From assembly GCA_964270895.1 (NCBI GenBank), contig OZ185436.1: 64,000 bases of DNA. The stretch is one strand, 5' to 3'. The position numbers were made by a program, and so were the translations under genes. The stretch is from Podarcis filfolensis. Taxonomy: Eukaryota. Below are positions 1-11,192 of this stretch, piece after piece. Under the pieces are notes generated by a model that did not search any database, was not told where the DNA came from, and saw only the letters and a program-made list of their open reading frames with translations. Position 1 is the first letter of the stretch. Every line of letters begins with the position of its first letter.

Positions 1-92
1 TAGGACTAAATCCAGACATCTGTCAAATAAACTCTTGTAAACTTCTACTCACCTTATGCCAGTCTCTTCTGTTGAAACAGGATGAACAAGTT

Positions 93-372
93 GTGCTAAT
101 TGCCATCAACTTAGCTTTGAAAGGGGATTAGGCAAATTCATGGATGATATAAGGCTATCGAATGCTGCTAATCGGGATAGCTGATCCTGATTAACTCCAG
201 GATCAGAGGCAGTCTACCTCTAAATACCAGAGCTGTGGGAAACAATTGAGAGTTAATTATTGTGCTCATATTCTGTTGTAGGCGTCTCTTAAGCATCTGA
301 CTGGTCACGGTGAAAATCAAGATGCTGGACAGGATGGGCCTTTGGTATGATCCGAAGGACTCTTACATACTT
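93..372 (+). mobile_element. CR1 LINE 3' end remnant
   Basis: Contains ctttgaaaggggattaggcaaattcatgga and gatgctggacaggatgggcctttggtatgatcc...tcttacatactta, resembling squamate CR1 3' UTR/tail (recall); degraded. Confidence 0.6.
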
Positions 373-1450
373 AGCAGTGTGATTCTGTGAGCTTCGGGGA
401 ATACAATATCTTCCACTGAAAATAAGCAAATATTTCTTACAACTGTTCCCTCTAAGGTTTCGAAAAGTAATGAAAAACAGCAACAATACTAGATCAGAAG
501 TGGAGAATCAAGCAAGCACAACAACATAAACTGTTTTTATATGTACTGAATTTTGCTTCTGCTGTAACTACGGCCTTTGTGAAGTTCTGAAGCAACTGCA
601 TTTTTCTTTCACCTTCAAAACACCCTTCATGTTGAGAAAGCCAATTATTCTGCATATATTTGAACCAAGGAAGGAAGTACACCGGACACCAGCCTTCCCA
701 AGCAGAAATAATTGGGTATTGTTACTCATTATCACAGATAAGGTGGTCCCACTGGGAAGCTTGGAAATACTGCTAGGTTTTTCCAGTGGCAACACCAACC
801 TGCAACTGTTGTTGCTCCATGGATTAATTAGAGTGAGAACTTACCTTGACTAAGTCCTTTACTACCAAGGAACCATGAGCAACTCCTCTCCAAAATCTGA
901 AGTTAGGGATAGGCTTCCTGCTCAATAGACTTCCATGCACCATTTTAGAAATGAAACACTAGATTTCCATACCAGCTCTTCTGGAAGCCATGGGGGAGTA
1001 CCAGCCACACCACAGGTAATGGAAGAAGCACCCAACTCTGGTGATGTCTCTTGCTCTTCCCTCCATTTAATCAGTACCACACAGTTCAACCAACTTGGGT
1101 TCCAATACAGATCTGGCTGAATGCATCTCTTTCTAGAAAAGCTGCTTTACTTACTTTTTGGCTTTCATTTCTTTATTACAACTTAGAAAGGGGGATCGGG
1201 GGCGGGGGAACCATCTATGGAAAAGACAACTTTCAGCCAGCCCCAGGTTCAAAAGATAACCTCCAGTAATAAGTAACACAAAATGTTTGAATGATCTTCA
1301 GTGGAAAGTGCTGTTACTTTCCAGAAGAACGCAAACAGAATCCATAGTTTTGCTGACCATGTCTCACCAGAGTCTGCCATGTTTATGCGATCACTGAATG
1401 ACCGTGCATGATAATTCTCGTTTGCATTCTTTGCTTGCTCTGTGATAAGA

Positions 1451-1592
1451 GTGTTGCAAGCAGAAAGTCCAAGGTTCAACCCCTAACCTCTCCAGGTAGG
1501 ACTGACAATGTCCCCTGCCTGGAGAGCTGCTGCCAATACTGAACCAGATAGACCAATGGTTTGACTCAGTAGAAGGCAGCTTCCCATGTTCC
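1451..1592 (+). mobile_element. tRNA-derived SINE, 5'-eroded
   Basis: B-box-like GGTTCAACCC (1473-1482), followed by caggtaggactg...gaccaatggtttgactcagtagaaggcagcttcccatgttcc; related heads at ~39270 and ~63775. Confidence 0.6.
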
Positions 1593-2122
1593 CACGTTGT
1601 TTTTGGCTATTGTAAGGGAACATCCATATGGTGAGCAGCTCTAGAACCAACCACCTCTATGGAGTCTTTAACAAAAGGGCTAATGATTGCACATGCACCC
1701 ATCTCCTTCCAGTGGATATCTTTTTGATCTAGGATTTCTCATCTTTGCAGTATACCACCCATTCCCAACAGTGGATTAGAGGTTCACTATTTACTGTAGC
1801 ATGGCCAAAACAACATGCTCTGGAGACTGAAGTATTGATTATAAAAGGATTTGCACAGCTGCTTCCTGCATTGTCTTGGATGTGGGCACACACGTCCTAA
1901 TGCAGCTTTCTTTAAAAATCTACTGTTCTCATAGAACCATTTCCCAAAATTCATGCAGTCAACAAATATCAGAGCTTAGGTGGGTTGACAGCCAGAGGCA
2001 GTCTTTAAAGTTCTTTAGATTTCAAACTTCCCTGACACACAGGAAAACAAAACAAAGAAAAGAAAAGAAGGGCAGAAAATGAAATAATGATGTGCCCAAA
2101 GAGTAATACAGAAATTAAGTGT

Positions 2123-2128
2123 TTTATT
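2123..2128 (-). terminator. STX8: Candidate STX8 polyadenylation signal (AATAAA)
   Basis: First canonical AATAAA I found on the minus strand after the stop codon (~810 nt downstream), followed by a U/GU-rich tract (ttcttttctttctttgttttgttttcctgtgtg). Confidence 0.4.
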
Positions 2129-2933
2129 CCGTCTTGTTATTGTAGTAAATTGATCAATCAAGTTGGCACATATGTAGCAAAATAATGATTTCTGGAGGTG
2201 AGCAAACATTAAATAGTGACTTTTTGTATTGCTACTCTCAACTATTTTAATTTCTCATCTAAAATATAGATTTTGGAGCTTCAGGTAATCATGTTTCTTC
2301 CCTGCTATTAATGTAGTTAGGAGGAAAACTACACAGCACAGCATAATGTGTTAGTGTTTGCATTTAAGGATAGAAATATCATCTGATTTTCCAAACAATA
2401 CCAATTTGCTCCTGTCTATATAAATGTAACAGCAGTAACTGTTCTGTCTCAAGCCAAAGATTATCCAGGATTTATGTGCATCTGAAAGATTTGTGCAAAT
2501 ATCCATGTGCAACAGAACATGGATCAGAGCAGCAGTTTGCCTGAACACCACCAGATCCACTGCCCTGACATTCAAAACCAAGATGTATTAATTTCAGCTT
2601 CAAAGATAATGTTAGAATGAAAACTCCAATATCTTAGCTTGGCATTCTAGAGATTAACTGTAGATCCCACCTAGCAGAGACAGGTGGAATTGGAATTAAT
2701 TGCATTTATGCTTTGATGTTTGTTAGGAGATTCGCCTCCTACCAGTAACATTCTCAAAAATATCAAGTCCTACTGGATAGAGATTTTTGCAAAATGAATT
2801 TCTCCACCAGCCGTGCTTCTGCCAGTGCACTGAGAACGAGTCAAATACAGCCAAGTCCACAGAAAGTGTCAGTAATGGGATCGAATTTTCCTTGCCTCAG
2901 AATGCAATGGCTCCAAAGTAATAGCTCCGTTGG

Positions 2934-3001
2934 TTATTTTGTGGGCCACACAGCAACGACAACTATCGCAATCAGCAGTAGTACGATCACCACCATCATC
3001 C
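2934..3001 (-). CDS. STX8: Syntaxin-8 terminal coding exon (transmembrane anchor, stop)
   Basis: Acceptor tcctttcag|GG ATG; encodes (G)MMVVIVLLLIAIVVVAVWPTK*; matches the syntaxin-8 C-terminus (GMIMVILLLLVAIVVVAVWPTN in human, recall); phase fits the preceding exon. Confidence 0.97.
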
Positions 3002-3440
3002 CTGAAAGGAATCAAAACAAAACCTCATTATCTCTGTAATTATTATAAATCTCAAATACAAAATTAAAGTTTCTAGAAGAACAACTTCACATCATAAAAC
3101 AGTTCTTCCCATGTAGAAAAAAGCTTCTTCCCATGTAGCTGATGTAATACAAGAAGGGGCATTTGTGGATTCTGCACAAGTGCCGCTCACTCAGCCCTAG
3201 TTTGAAATGGGAACAAAGCTCATCTCCACTAATGAAGGGAATATGACTGTAAATTACATTAGAAGCTTAAAAGAGATTTGCACATGAAAAATGCCATATG
3301 AACATTTTCAGTAATTAGCAAAACGCAAATGAGTTCTGGAACTTAACTTCTGATCTCAAATAACTCGATCATCTGAGCCACTACTATTCTCATCCCACCT
3401 CCCTGATGGCTAATTTTACAAAGAGATGCTGTTTAAGCAA

Positions 3441-3551
3441 GAAGGTAGGCGGTTCGAGCCCATCCAGGGACGGCTGTGGGCAGGGTGTCTGCATTGCAGG
3501 GGGTTGCACTAGATGACCCTCAAGGTCCCTTCCAACTCTATAGTTCTATGA
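3441..3551 (+). mobile_element. SINE fragment with tRNA B-box and CR1-type 3' tail
   Basis: GGTTCGAGCCC (3451-3461), then ctgcattgcagggggttgcactagatgaccctcaaggtcccttccaactctatagttctatga, the same tail as the CR1 end at 10290-10468. Confidence 0.65.
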
Positions 3552-3660
3552 CCCCAACAAGGCTACTTTTATGTTTAGCTGGTGTTCCGGTCCAATTGGG
3601 AAGTCTTAGCTTTAAAAGAAAACTAAAAATATTTGGAGATGTGATGGCCATTTTGTATGC

Positions 3661-3799
3661 CACCCTTCACTATCCTTGTGCCCTCCAGATGTTTTGGACT
3701 ACAACTCCCATCAGCACCAGGCAGCACAGCCAGATGAGACTGGGGCTGATGAAAGTTGTAATCCAAAACATCTGGACTGCATCAGGATGGTGAAGGCTG
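3661..3799. mobile_element. Palindromic MITE (hAT-like ccagatgtt..actacaactcccatc family), aged copy
   Basis: Imperfect TIRs cacccttcactatcc / ggatggtgaaggctg around a self-complementary core; TSD not preserved. Confidence 0.7.
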
Positions 3800-4683
3800 T
3801 CCTGTGCCATATGTAACTTGGTTCTTTATTGCACTACTTATGTTGAAAGATAGGATGTACATTTCTCTGCGACGTAGCTAAAGGCACAGTCTTTGCACAA
3901 GAGGAGGAAAACAATGAATATTTATACTTCAGTTTTCTGCTATGTTTCTCTGTGCTTTTTAAAAATCCGTTACATTTTCATTGCTAGATTCTATGCGTTA
4001 ATTTAAAATCAGTAGTCAAAAGTTACAAGATTCTTAGAGAATGAAAGCAGATCAAGATCATAGATAGAAATTTGTGATACATAATATTTCTAGGGAAACT
4101 CCCTCAAATAGCATGAGAGGTAGAATTGTTAAAATATAAGAGGAAGATGAAAAGGAAGGGGGGGGCTGAGATTGAAATCTGGAGGGAAAGCCAGACTAGT
4201 ATAGCTGGATGGAAAAGAACAAATTTGAGATCTATGCCTCAAAAAAGGGAAGTAGTTACTTTCATGATGACTGAAATTAGGCCTCCAAAGAAAATATGCA
4301 AAATCGTGCATGGCAAATGTAAACAGAAATGTACCCCTGAAATGAGTCACTCGGGTCTGTTTTACTCACTCACATACATTACAGAAGGACTGCACAATGA
4401 TGGGCACTGTCTCCTGCCTTACAGGGCTTCCAAGTGCCAGAGTCTTGCCAAGTTAGTGAGCAGTTCTCTTGGTGCTTTTTCAACACCTTGGGAATGGGTG
4501 ATAAAGATGCCCAGGCAAGTTGCTCTTGCTATGCAAGATGTCACCAGTTTTTGAGAGCGAAGGTTGGCTGCAACCAGAGAGCTGCCGTTCCATGTTATTC
4601 TTTTTCATTTTCCTGTTGAAGCTCCAATTAATTAACAGAGTGTCCAGACATCAGAGAACAAACTGTAAGACACAGAGCCAATA

Positions 4684-4783
4684 TGGCCCTGCAGATATTT
4701 TGGAGCTCCCAGCAGCCCCCAGCCACAACAGCTCATGGTCAGGGATGATGGAGTTGCAGTCTAAAACATCTGGAAAGCACCAG
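4684..4783. mobile_element. Degraded copy of the same palindromic MITE family
   Basis: ggccctgcagatattttgga...gggatgatggagttgcagtctaaaacatctgga. Confidence 0.55.
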
Positions 4784-5335
4784 CTTAGCAACACTGAACT
4801 AGAAGATGAATGCATAAATCTAACCGAAACCAGTCTGCTGTTGCTGTTAAAGAGACACTTCCCCCATGCACTCACCCTTTCCCTTTCTGACATTTTCCTG
4901 TTGGGTAAGTGATCACTTTTGCAGTCACTTAAGTCAATATTCCACACCCTCAAGGTAGCTTATTTGTAAATACCCTCACCTGCCTCTCTAGGGAATTGGT
5001 CTTGTATTACTTTGTGGCAGCCCGACACTTTCACCTGAGTGATGTGTCAGTGTAAACATTTCAAGTGTACATGTGGCCTCCTCCTTTTTAAATGTTACAG
5101 CTTGGGAAACAATGTTAACTCTTTAGTCCGCTTTTGTTATCAAGAGCAGGCTTAGGTGAGTGGTTGCTGAAGACTCAGAAAGTCGCATCCAATGGTGAGG
5201 GTCTGTATATAAGCTTATTGGATTGGCTGACAGCCCAATTCCCAAATCTCAAGGAAGGAACAGGCTTTTCCTTATTCCATTGTCTCCAAAAGACCCCAGG
5301 TTAAAATTCACTGCAGAAACCAGTCATATTCAAAC

Positions 5336-5424
5336 CACAGCTGTCAACATTTCCCTTTTTTAAGGGAAATTCCCTTATTCCAAATAGGATTCCTCGCAAG
5401 AAAAGGGAAAAGTTGACAGCTTTG
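5336..5424. mobile_element. 89-bp hAT-type MITE
   Basis: TIRs cacagctgtcaac / gttgacagctttg; perfect 8-bp TSD attcaaac (5328-5335, 5425-5432). Confidence 0.85.
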
Positions 5425-6361
5425 ATTCAAACCAGTCAACATTCTCTTCCACATTTCCCTTTACAATTCCCACTAGGCTTATGTGACAGAGGTTCCAAGT
5501 AGGTCACTTACACTTTACACACCGGGCACTGAGGCTGAGAAATAGCAACCTACAAAAACTATCCAGGAAGTCTGAGAAAATGTATAATTGCCTAGGCTTC
5601 CTAGAACAAGTGTGGCACCAAACAGAGAGTCAAATCTGTGATAAAAGAAACACATCCCTTTGCACCATTCAATTTCAGAAGTTGGAAGTTGAAAAGATGT
5701 GATTACTGGTATATAAATGGTAAATGTGATGCACAGATGGACAATAGCCCCAGACATGATGATAACATACTGGGGAAAAAATCCATTTTTTAAAAAGGCA
5801 GGTTTAATGGAACTGCTTGATTACTGACCAAATTATGGAAACCTAGTAGCAATATTTCGTTAAAGGATCCATACCACAAGAACTAAATAAAATAGTAAAT
5901 GCTCATTTATAAGCCACATGTTTTTAATGTAAATATCTGGATTGTTCTGGAAAGTAGCACTGCTACAAAATCCCACCTAGCATAAAGGGCTTTGTCAAAA
6001 TTAACACACCATGCAAGGCATAAGTGAAGTTAATGTTTCTCCAGATTTAAAAGTTGGAAGATAAAAACTATTTGTGTAAGCTACCGATACATTTTCTGTG
6101 TCTCCTGTGGATGCCAGCGGGAACTAAAAATGAAATTTGCAACACAGTTGTCAACTAACAAGCGCCGAGTCAGAGACAGGCGCTCTTGCTACAATTCTGC
6201 CTGCCATTAGCTAAACAAATGCAGATGCTGTGCAACACTGTTTTTTAATTAATTTCTCTTTTTGGCAATTTTATGTTTCTGAACCATATAAAATTATAAT
6301 GTGGGGTTTTAATGACTGGGCCTGAGCACCTCCAAAAAAATCTCAAGAACCTATATGACAG

Positions 6362-6720
6362 GTAGGTAAAGGACCCCTGGACAGTTGACTATGGGGTGCG
6401 GCACTCATCTCACTTCAGGCCAAGGGAGCTGGTGTTTGTCCACAAACAGCTTTCTGGGTCATGTGGATAGCATTACTAAACCGCTTCTGGCACAACGGAA
6501 CACCATGATGGAAGCCAGAGCACATGGAAACGCCATTTACCTCCCCGCCACAGCAGTACCTATTTATTTACTTGCACTGGTGTGCTTTCGAACTGCGAGG
6601 TTGGCAGCAGCTGGAACAAAGCAAGGGGAGCTCACCCTGTTGTGTGTATTCGAACCACTGACCTTCTGATCAGCAAGCCCAAGAGGCTCAGTGGTTTAGA
6701 CCACAGCGCCACCCACTCCC
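6362..6720 (-). mobile_element. Sauria SINE (Squam1-like), near full length
   Basis: Reverse complement reads gggagtgggtggcgctgtggtctaaacc...ggttcgaat (A/B boxes)...gcaagtaaataaataggtac...ggggtcctttacct; homologous to 11193-11532. Confidence 0.85.
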
Positions 6721-6853
6721 TAACCTGTATGAATTACCAGTCCTGGTCTAATTTCTAGTGTCACATAAGTGCAATATGTTGCTCAGGTCTGAAGTGCAAT
6801 TTGTCTTCCATTTTTATCCATATTTTTAAATGATTTAAAATGCTTTAAGTGAT

Positions 6854-7140
6854 ACTTCCGGGTTGGTGCCTCCGGCAATGGCGGAGCTCCTCCCGATCGG
6901 AGGAACCGGCTCCGTGAAAAACAGGGTCTGACCGCCACGGCGAAGGCGGAGACCCTTAGAAATCACAGGTGGAGAAGCCTGTGAACCTGGGATTCGGCTG
7001 GCACCTTTTGCACCCCCCCTACTCGCGAAGAGGCCCGATATCGGGAATCCGGAGCGATGTGGTGGTGAGCGGCGCGGTGCTTTGAATCGACCGCTTTTTG
7101 CACGGAGCGAAGCAGCATTGCCGCTGTCGGAGAGCGCTGA
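6854..7140 (+). promoter_or_regulatory. Putative internal Pol II promoter / CpG island of the retroposon
   Basis: About 28 CpG in ~285 bp (manual count) in a CpG-poor window; ETS core ACTTCCGG at the first bases; YY1-like ATGGCG at 6878-6883. Confidence 0.6.
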
Positions 7141-7724
7141 CTTTTTTTGTGGACAATTGGATTTTAAACAACAACCCGTGAGTAGAACGGGAAATTGGAC
7201 TTGTAAAATAATTTAATCTGGCACCGAACAGGGAAGGTTTAAACAGGAAGTCCACCTTCCCTTTCTGTAAATAGACTGAAGCAAAGAAGTTGTTAACTAA
7301 GGTCTTGGAAAGTCTTTTGTAAAGGATTAAAACTCCACTGATTGAAACTACTATTATTACTCCCCTTGGAAGTAGGGGAAGTTTGCAGGAGAAGTTGGAA
7401 AATAAAAAATCGAAGCACCACGTCTCTGAACCTGGGAACGGTCTGCAAAAAGTCCATTGACAGTAAACAGGATAAATTTGACAGCTAGCTGTCAAGACTT
7501 AACATTGTTTCTACTGTCCGCTTCTGCGTTTAAAAAAGAAGGAAAGGTAATTGGAACTGTTACTATTTTACTTTTGGAACTGTGCTGGAAAGGATTGACA
7601 AATGGAGACTGTTTCCCTCTAGAGGGAGTTTTGGGACATTGTTAGAAGAGTGCAGCTGGGATATTGGCTTTAAGATAAAGATAAAGACTGTGAGAAACTA
7701 GCCTTGACCTTGAACATCTCAAGA

Positions 7725-8369
7725 ATGTCGGTTAAGGAAGAAGTAGTGTTTGTACTGAATAGGACATTTTATCTGCTGGGAAAGCTGCATAAACAGATGG
7801 ATGCCATGGCTACCAGTATTGATATTTTGGGAACAGAAGTGGGCATCAGCATAGAAGTCGACAAGAACCCGGCACAGGAATCTTTCTTAATTGAACATAT
7901 TGATGAATTAGAGAAGGAGAAAGTTGTTGTTGTGGAGTATAAAGCAATGCAAGGGGGAGCCTTAACCCTACAGAGGCAAATGGAGGATTACAAGATGAGG
8001 CCTTATATGACTGTAATTAGGAGAAGCCAGCCATTGAAGATGGGAATCTGGCCTGATCTGGAAAATGAAAGGTGGAGAGACTCCCTTATGCGGGGATCAA
8101 ATGACTTTTGGGATATGAATTTGAGCCAAGAGGTGATTGGAGCTTTTGGGGCCATTGGACTTGGAAGAATTGTGAAACAAGATTTGGAATACCTTATGGG
8201 CCCTAGCCTTAACTATGGAAATCTGGCAGACCTGTTAAGAAGGAATATGAGCATCGATGGGTTGGAGCTCCCCCGAGATCTGCTTTTTAGCACCAAAGAT
8301 TATCAAGAAGATCAGCAGATAGGACATGAAGAAGAGTTAAGAGCCTCGGACATAAGATCTCCAGGTTGA
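7725..8369 (+). CDS. Retroposon-encoded orphan protein, 214 aa (possible divergent ORF1p)
   Basis: Longest ORF in the window (track 7704-8369 starts at TTG; first ATG at 7725 with A at -3); uninterrupted; heptad-like N-terminal segment; no motif I recognise. Confidence 0.6.
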   Translation: MSVKEEVVFVLNRTFYLLGKLHKQMDAMATSIDILGTEVGISIEVDKNPAQESFLIEHIDELEKEKVVVVEYKAMQGGALTLQRQMEDYKMRPYMTVIRRSQPLKMGIWPDLENERWRDSLMRGSNDFWDMNLSQEVIGAFGAIGLGRIVKQDLEYLMGPSLNYGNLADLLRRNMSIDGLELPRDLLFSTKDYQEDQQIGHEEELRASDIRSPG

Positions 8370-10289
8370 TGGACTGTTGGAGGTTGATGGAACTGACGGC
8401 AGGGGCCGAGACCGGGGAGGGGGGACGGTGGAAGAAAACTCGGAGTTTAAAATGTATATATGGAGATTTTAAAAAAAAAAATTGATGAGAGTTGGAAAAA
8501 CCGTGGAATGAAATTTTTATGACCCTAGGGGAAATGTCTTAAGAGATTAAGTTTAAATATATCAGTTTTAAGGAGAAGTAAGATTAAATAAAGTAAAAAT
8601 GGATGCCTAATTGGTGAAAGAAGAGGATGTAAAATTACAGTATATTAAGATAAATTATTAGGATAAAGAAGATTGGATTAGGATAAAAACCAAGCTGGAA
8701 AGGATTTGCTGAAATATTTAATTGAACTAGAATACAAAAAAGGAAGGTGTGAGGAGGTCAGGGAAATAAGTAAATGAAAGACAAGACATGGAAAGAGGGA
8801 AATGTTTTTAATTGTTTTTATTTTTCTGTATTTTGTATTCTTTTTTTCCCCCTCTCTTTTTCTTTCTCATTTTTGTAACTTTTTTGAAACTTTAATAAAT
8901 ATTATTAAAAAAAAAAAAATACTTTAAGCGATTTATAATACTTTGATAAAATAGATGCAGTTTCCAACTCAGGCTGTATTGTAAACAACAGTTCTAAATC
9001 AACTCCTGTGCACATTTTAAAACTCTCATTCTTCTAGGCCCTGTAGACATCCCAAGGGCAAGACAGAGTCTGCCCAGAAGGATTACAACCTGCACCTTTG
9101 ATTTAATAACATCTTCCTCCAAGGCCACCATCAACTTTATTGTATGAACCGTTGACCCCAACAGCTCCTCCAAGATCAAACAAGGCAAGCTGCATCCTTT
9201 AATCATGGAAACACCTGAGATTGTTTTATGCATTTATTTATTATCACCATTCCAGTATGAAAGATTAAAAATGATTAAAGCTATAATCACTCTACAGGAA
9301 TGCCAATCAGAAATAAATGTGTGCAGATACAACAGTTTCAAAATCTTCACAGCCCAATCCAACAGTTGGTAAGAAACACTCTTTTCTTTTTCACTGAGAC
9401 TGGCTGACAAAGCAATGAGAAGAAGAGAAAATAAAAAGCAGAAGTCCATGAGAATTCCTGCATGTCAAACTCAGTCAGAAAAAGTGTGTACTGAGTTTTC
9501 AGTCCAAAATGTTTATTGTCTCTATGATGAAATAATCCCTAGAGTTTATGGTCCCAAACCACATGCATAACCCAACTGAATGAGAGGAAATGAGATAAGT
9601 GTTTCCCCTCATCTATCATTGTTAGACCTCCATTTCTGGTTCCATCATATATATATATAATCTGTTGCTACTTTTCTAAAAGAGAAATCAATGCCAGATA
9701 ATATGCATCGCTATTTCCAAGTGGAATTTCAAAGACGGCCTATTTTCTTTCCAGAAAGAAGAGTTGCTTCAAACCCTCCATTTAGAGCAAACCTTTCCAA
9801 TCAGAGGATTGCTTGCTTTGAGCATATTTTGAAACATTTCCATTTCATGTAGCAGTCCAGTCAAAAGATATTAGTTTGTCTCTCTATGGTATTTCCAATC
9901 ATACCTCTACCCTTACAAACACTCAGGTGTGTTCATAACGACTACTTGATAGAGCCCTGTTAGCTTGAAAATAAAATGAAACTAAACAGAGACAACAGAC
10001 ATGATTCAGTGACAAACATATAAATAAAAAGCATAAGCAAAAAAGTTACTCGCAGGATACAAACTGCCTCTGTATAGCGTTGTGGGAAAAGAGTAATTTC
10101 AAATGCCTATAGCCCACAGTCTGCAGCTCCAAAAACATAAGGAGCTCCCACTCTGGCTATGAAATGGGGGAAGCTGTGAGCAAATAAGGATATTAGTTGA
10201 CCAAAAGTGTAATCTCAGAGCCTCTGTCTATAATATTTGAGAACAGTCCTTGTGGACCTGAGATGAGCATATTTGTTTCCATCTTCAAA

Positions 10290-10468
10290 AGATTCCAGCT
10301 AAACATTGGGAAGAGTCTCTTGGAAGGTGGTGAACTCTCCTTCCTTGGAGGTTTTTAAGCAGAGGCTGAATGGCCATCTGTCATGGATGCTTTAGTTGAG
10401 ATTCCTGCATTGCAGGAGGTTGGACTAGAGGATCCTCAGGGATCCCTTCCAACTCTACAATTCTAAGA
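10290..10468 (+). mobile_element. CR1 LINE 3' terminal fragment
   Basis: ctctccttccttggaggtttttaagcagaggctgaatggccatctgtcatggatgctttag...cccttccaactctacaattcta. Confidence 0.8.
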
Positions 10469-11192
10469 CAATCTCATTTCCTCCTTGGCCACCCCTCACA
10501 GAGGAATGAAGAGGAAGAAGTGTGCCTCTTGACAGTGATGGCAGACAAAAGGCTGCAGCAACAGGAAGCACAGGAAGGCCTGATGGCTCGCCTGCTCATT
10601 CGCTCAGCCAGGTTCCCTGCTAGGACCCTGGGCTTTCCTCAGCTTGTTGCTTGTGCATGTGAACGAGCTAAGAAGCAAGCAGGTGGGTGGTGGCAGTGAC
10701 AGGGGAGCAGGGAAAGACCACTTGGGCCACTCAGCTGCCTGCTCGTTTGCTCACTGTGACGATTTTCTCACTCATTCCACCTGCTCTCATTGTGCTGCAG
10801 TTCACATGGCCGCCAAGAGGCAAACTGCTGCAGCATGATTACCTTTTTCTTACAAAAATGTTCTATAGTGAGATAAGACAATAACTAAAGAGATGCACAG
10901 CTTGGTTACCTCCCTACCCTCAGTAATGCAGAAGCATGCTGAAATAGCAGCCAGGAAGATGCAAGGGCTGCTTGTATTAACTAGCACCCTGACACTGGGA
11001 CTGTAACATGATTTTGCCGTCATGGAAGCCCTTTCCTGAGCCACAACAATTGCTCAAATTGGAACAGTGAGTACCTCCAGTTGTGAGTTCAGCAACAGCC
11101 ACTTGAGCATGTTCTCAACCAAGCTACTGCAACCTGGTCTCTATTCCCCCCCACACCAACAAAAAAACCATCCACCCACAAATGTAGCATAA

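Larger units (their letters stand above)
6854..8919 (+). mobile_element. Full-length non-autonomous L1-type retroposon (HAL1-like architecture, orphan ORF)
   Basis: TSD aaaatgctttaagtgat (6837-6853) / aaaatactttaagcgat (8916-8932), 15/17 identical, at a TT|AAAA site; CpG-rich 5' end; single sense ORF; T-rich 3' UTR, AATAAA 8894-8899, A13 tail; 71-nt 3' block 79% identical to the L1 3' UTR at 48833-48903; no RT or endonuclease coding. Confidence 0.85.

Noticed and set aside
4126-4953. Overlapping 100-142-aa ORFs
   Set aside because: Low-complexity or MITE-derived sequence with no recognisable domain
5165-5190. CTGAAGA-CTCA-GAAA-GTC hammerhead-like string (similar at ~15455)
   Set aside because: No helix II can form and helix I pairing is absent
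7019-7495. 158-codon antisense ORF in the retroposon 5' UTR (tempting ORF0 analogue)
   Set aside because: TTG start with no ATG anywhere; the antisense of an A-rich strand is stop-poor, so the length is unremarkable
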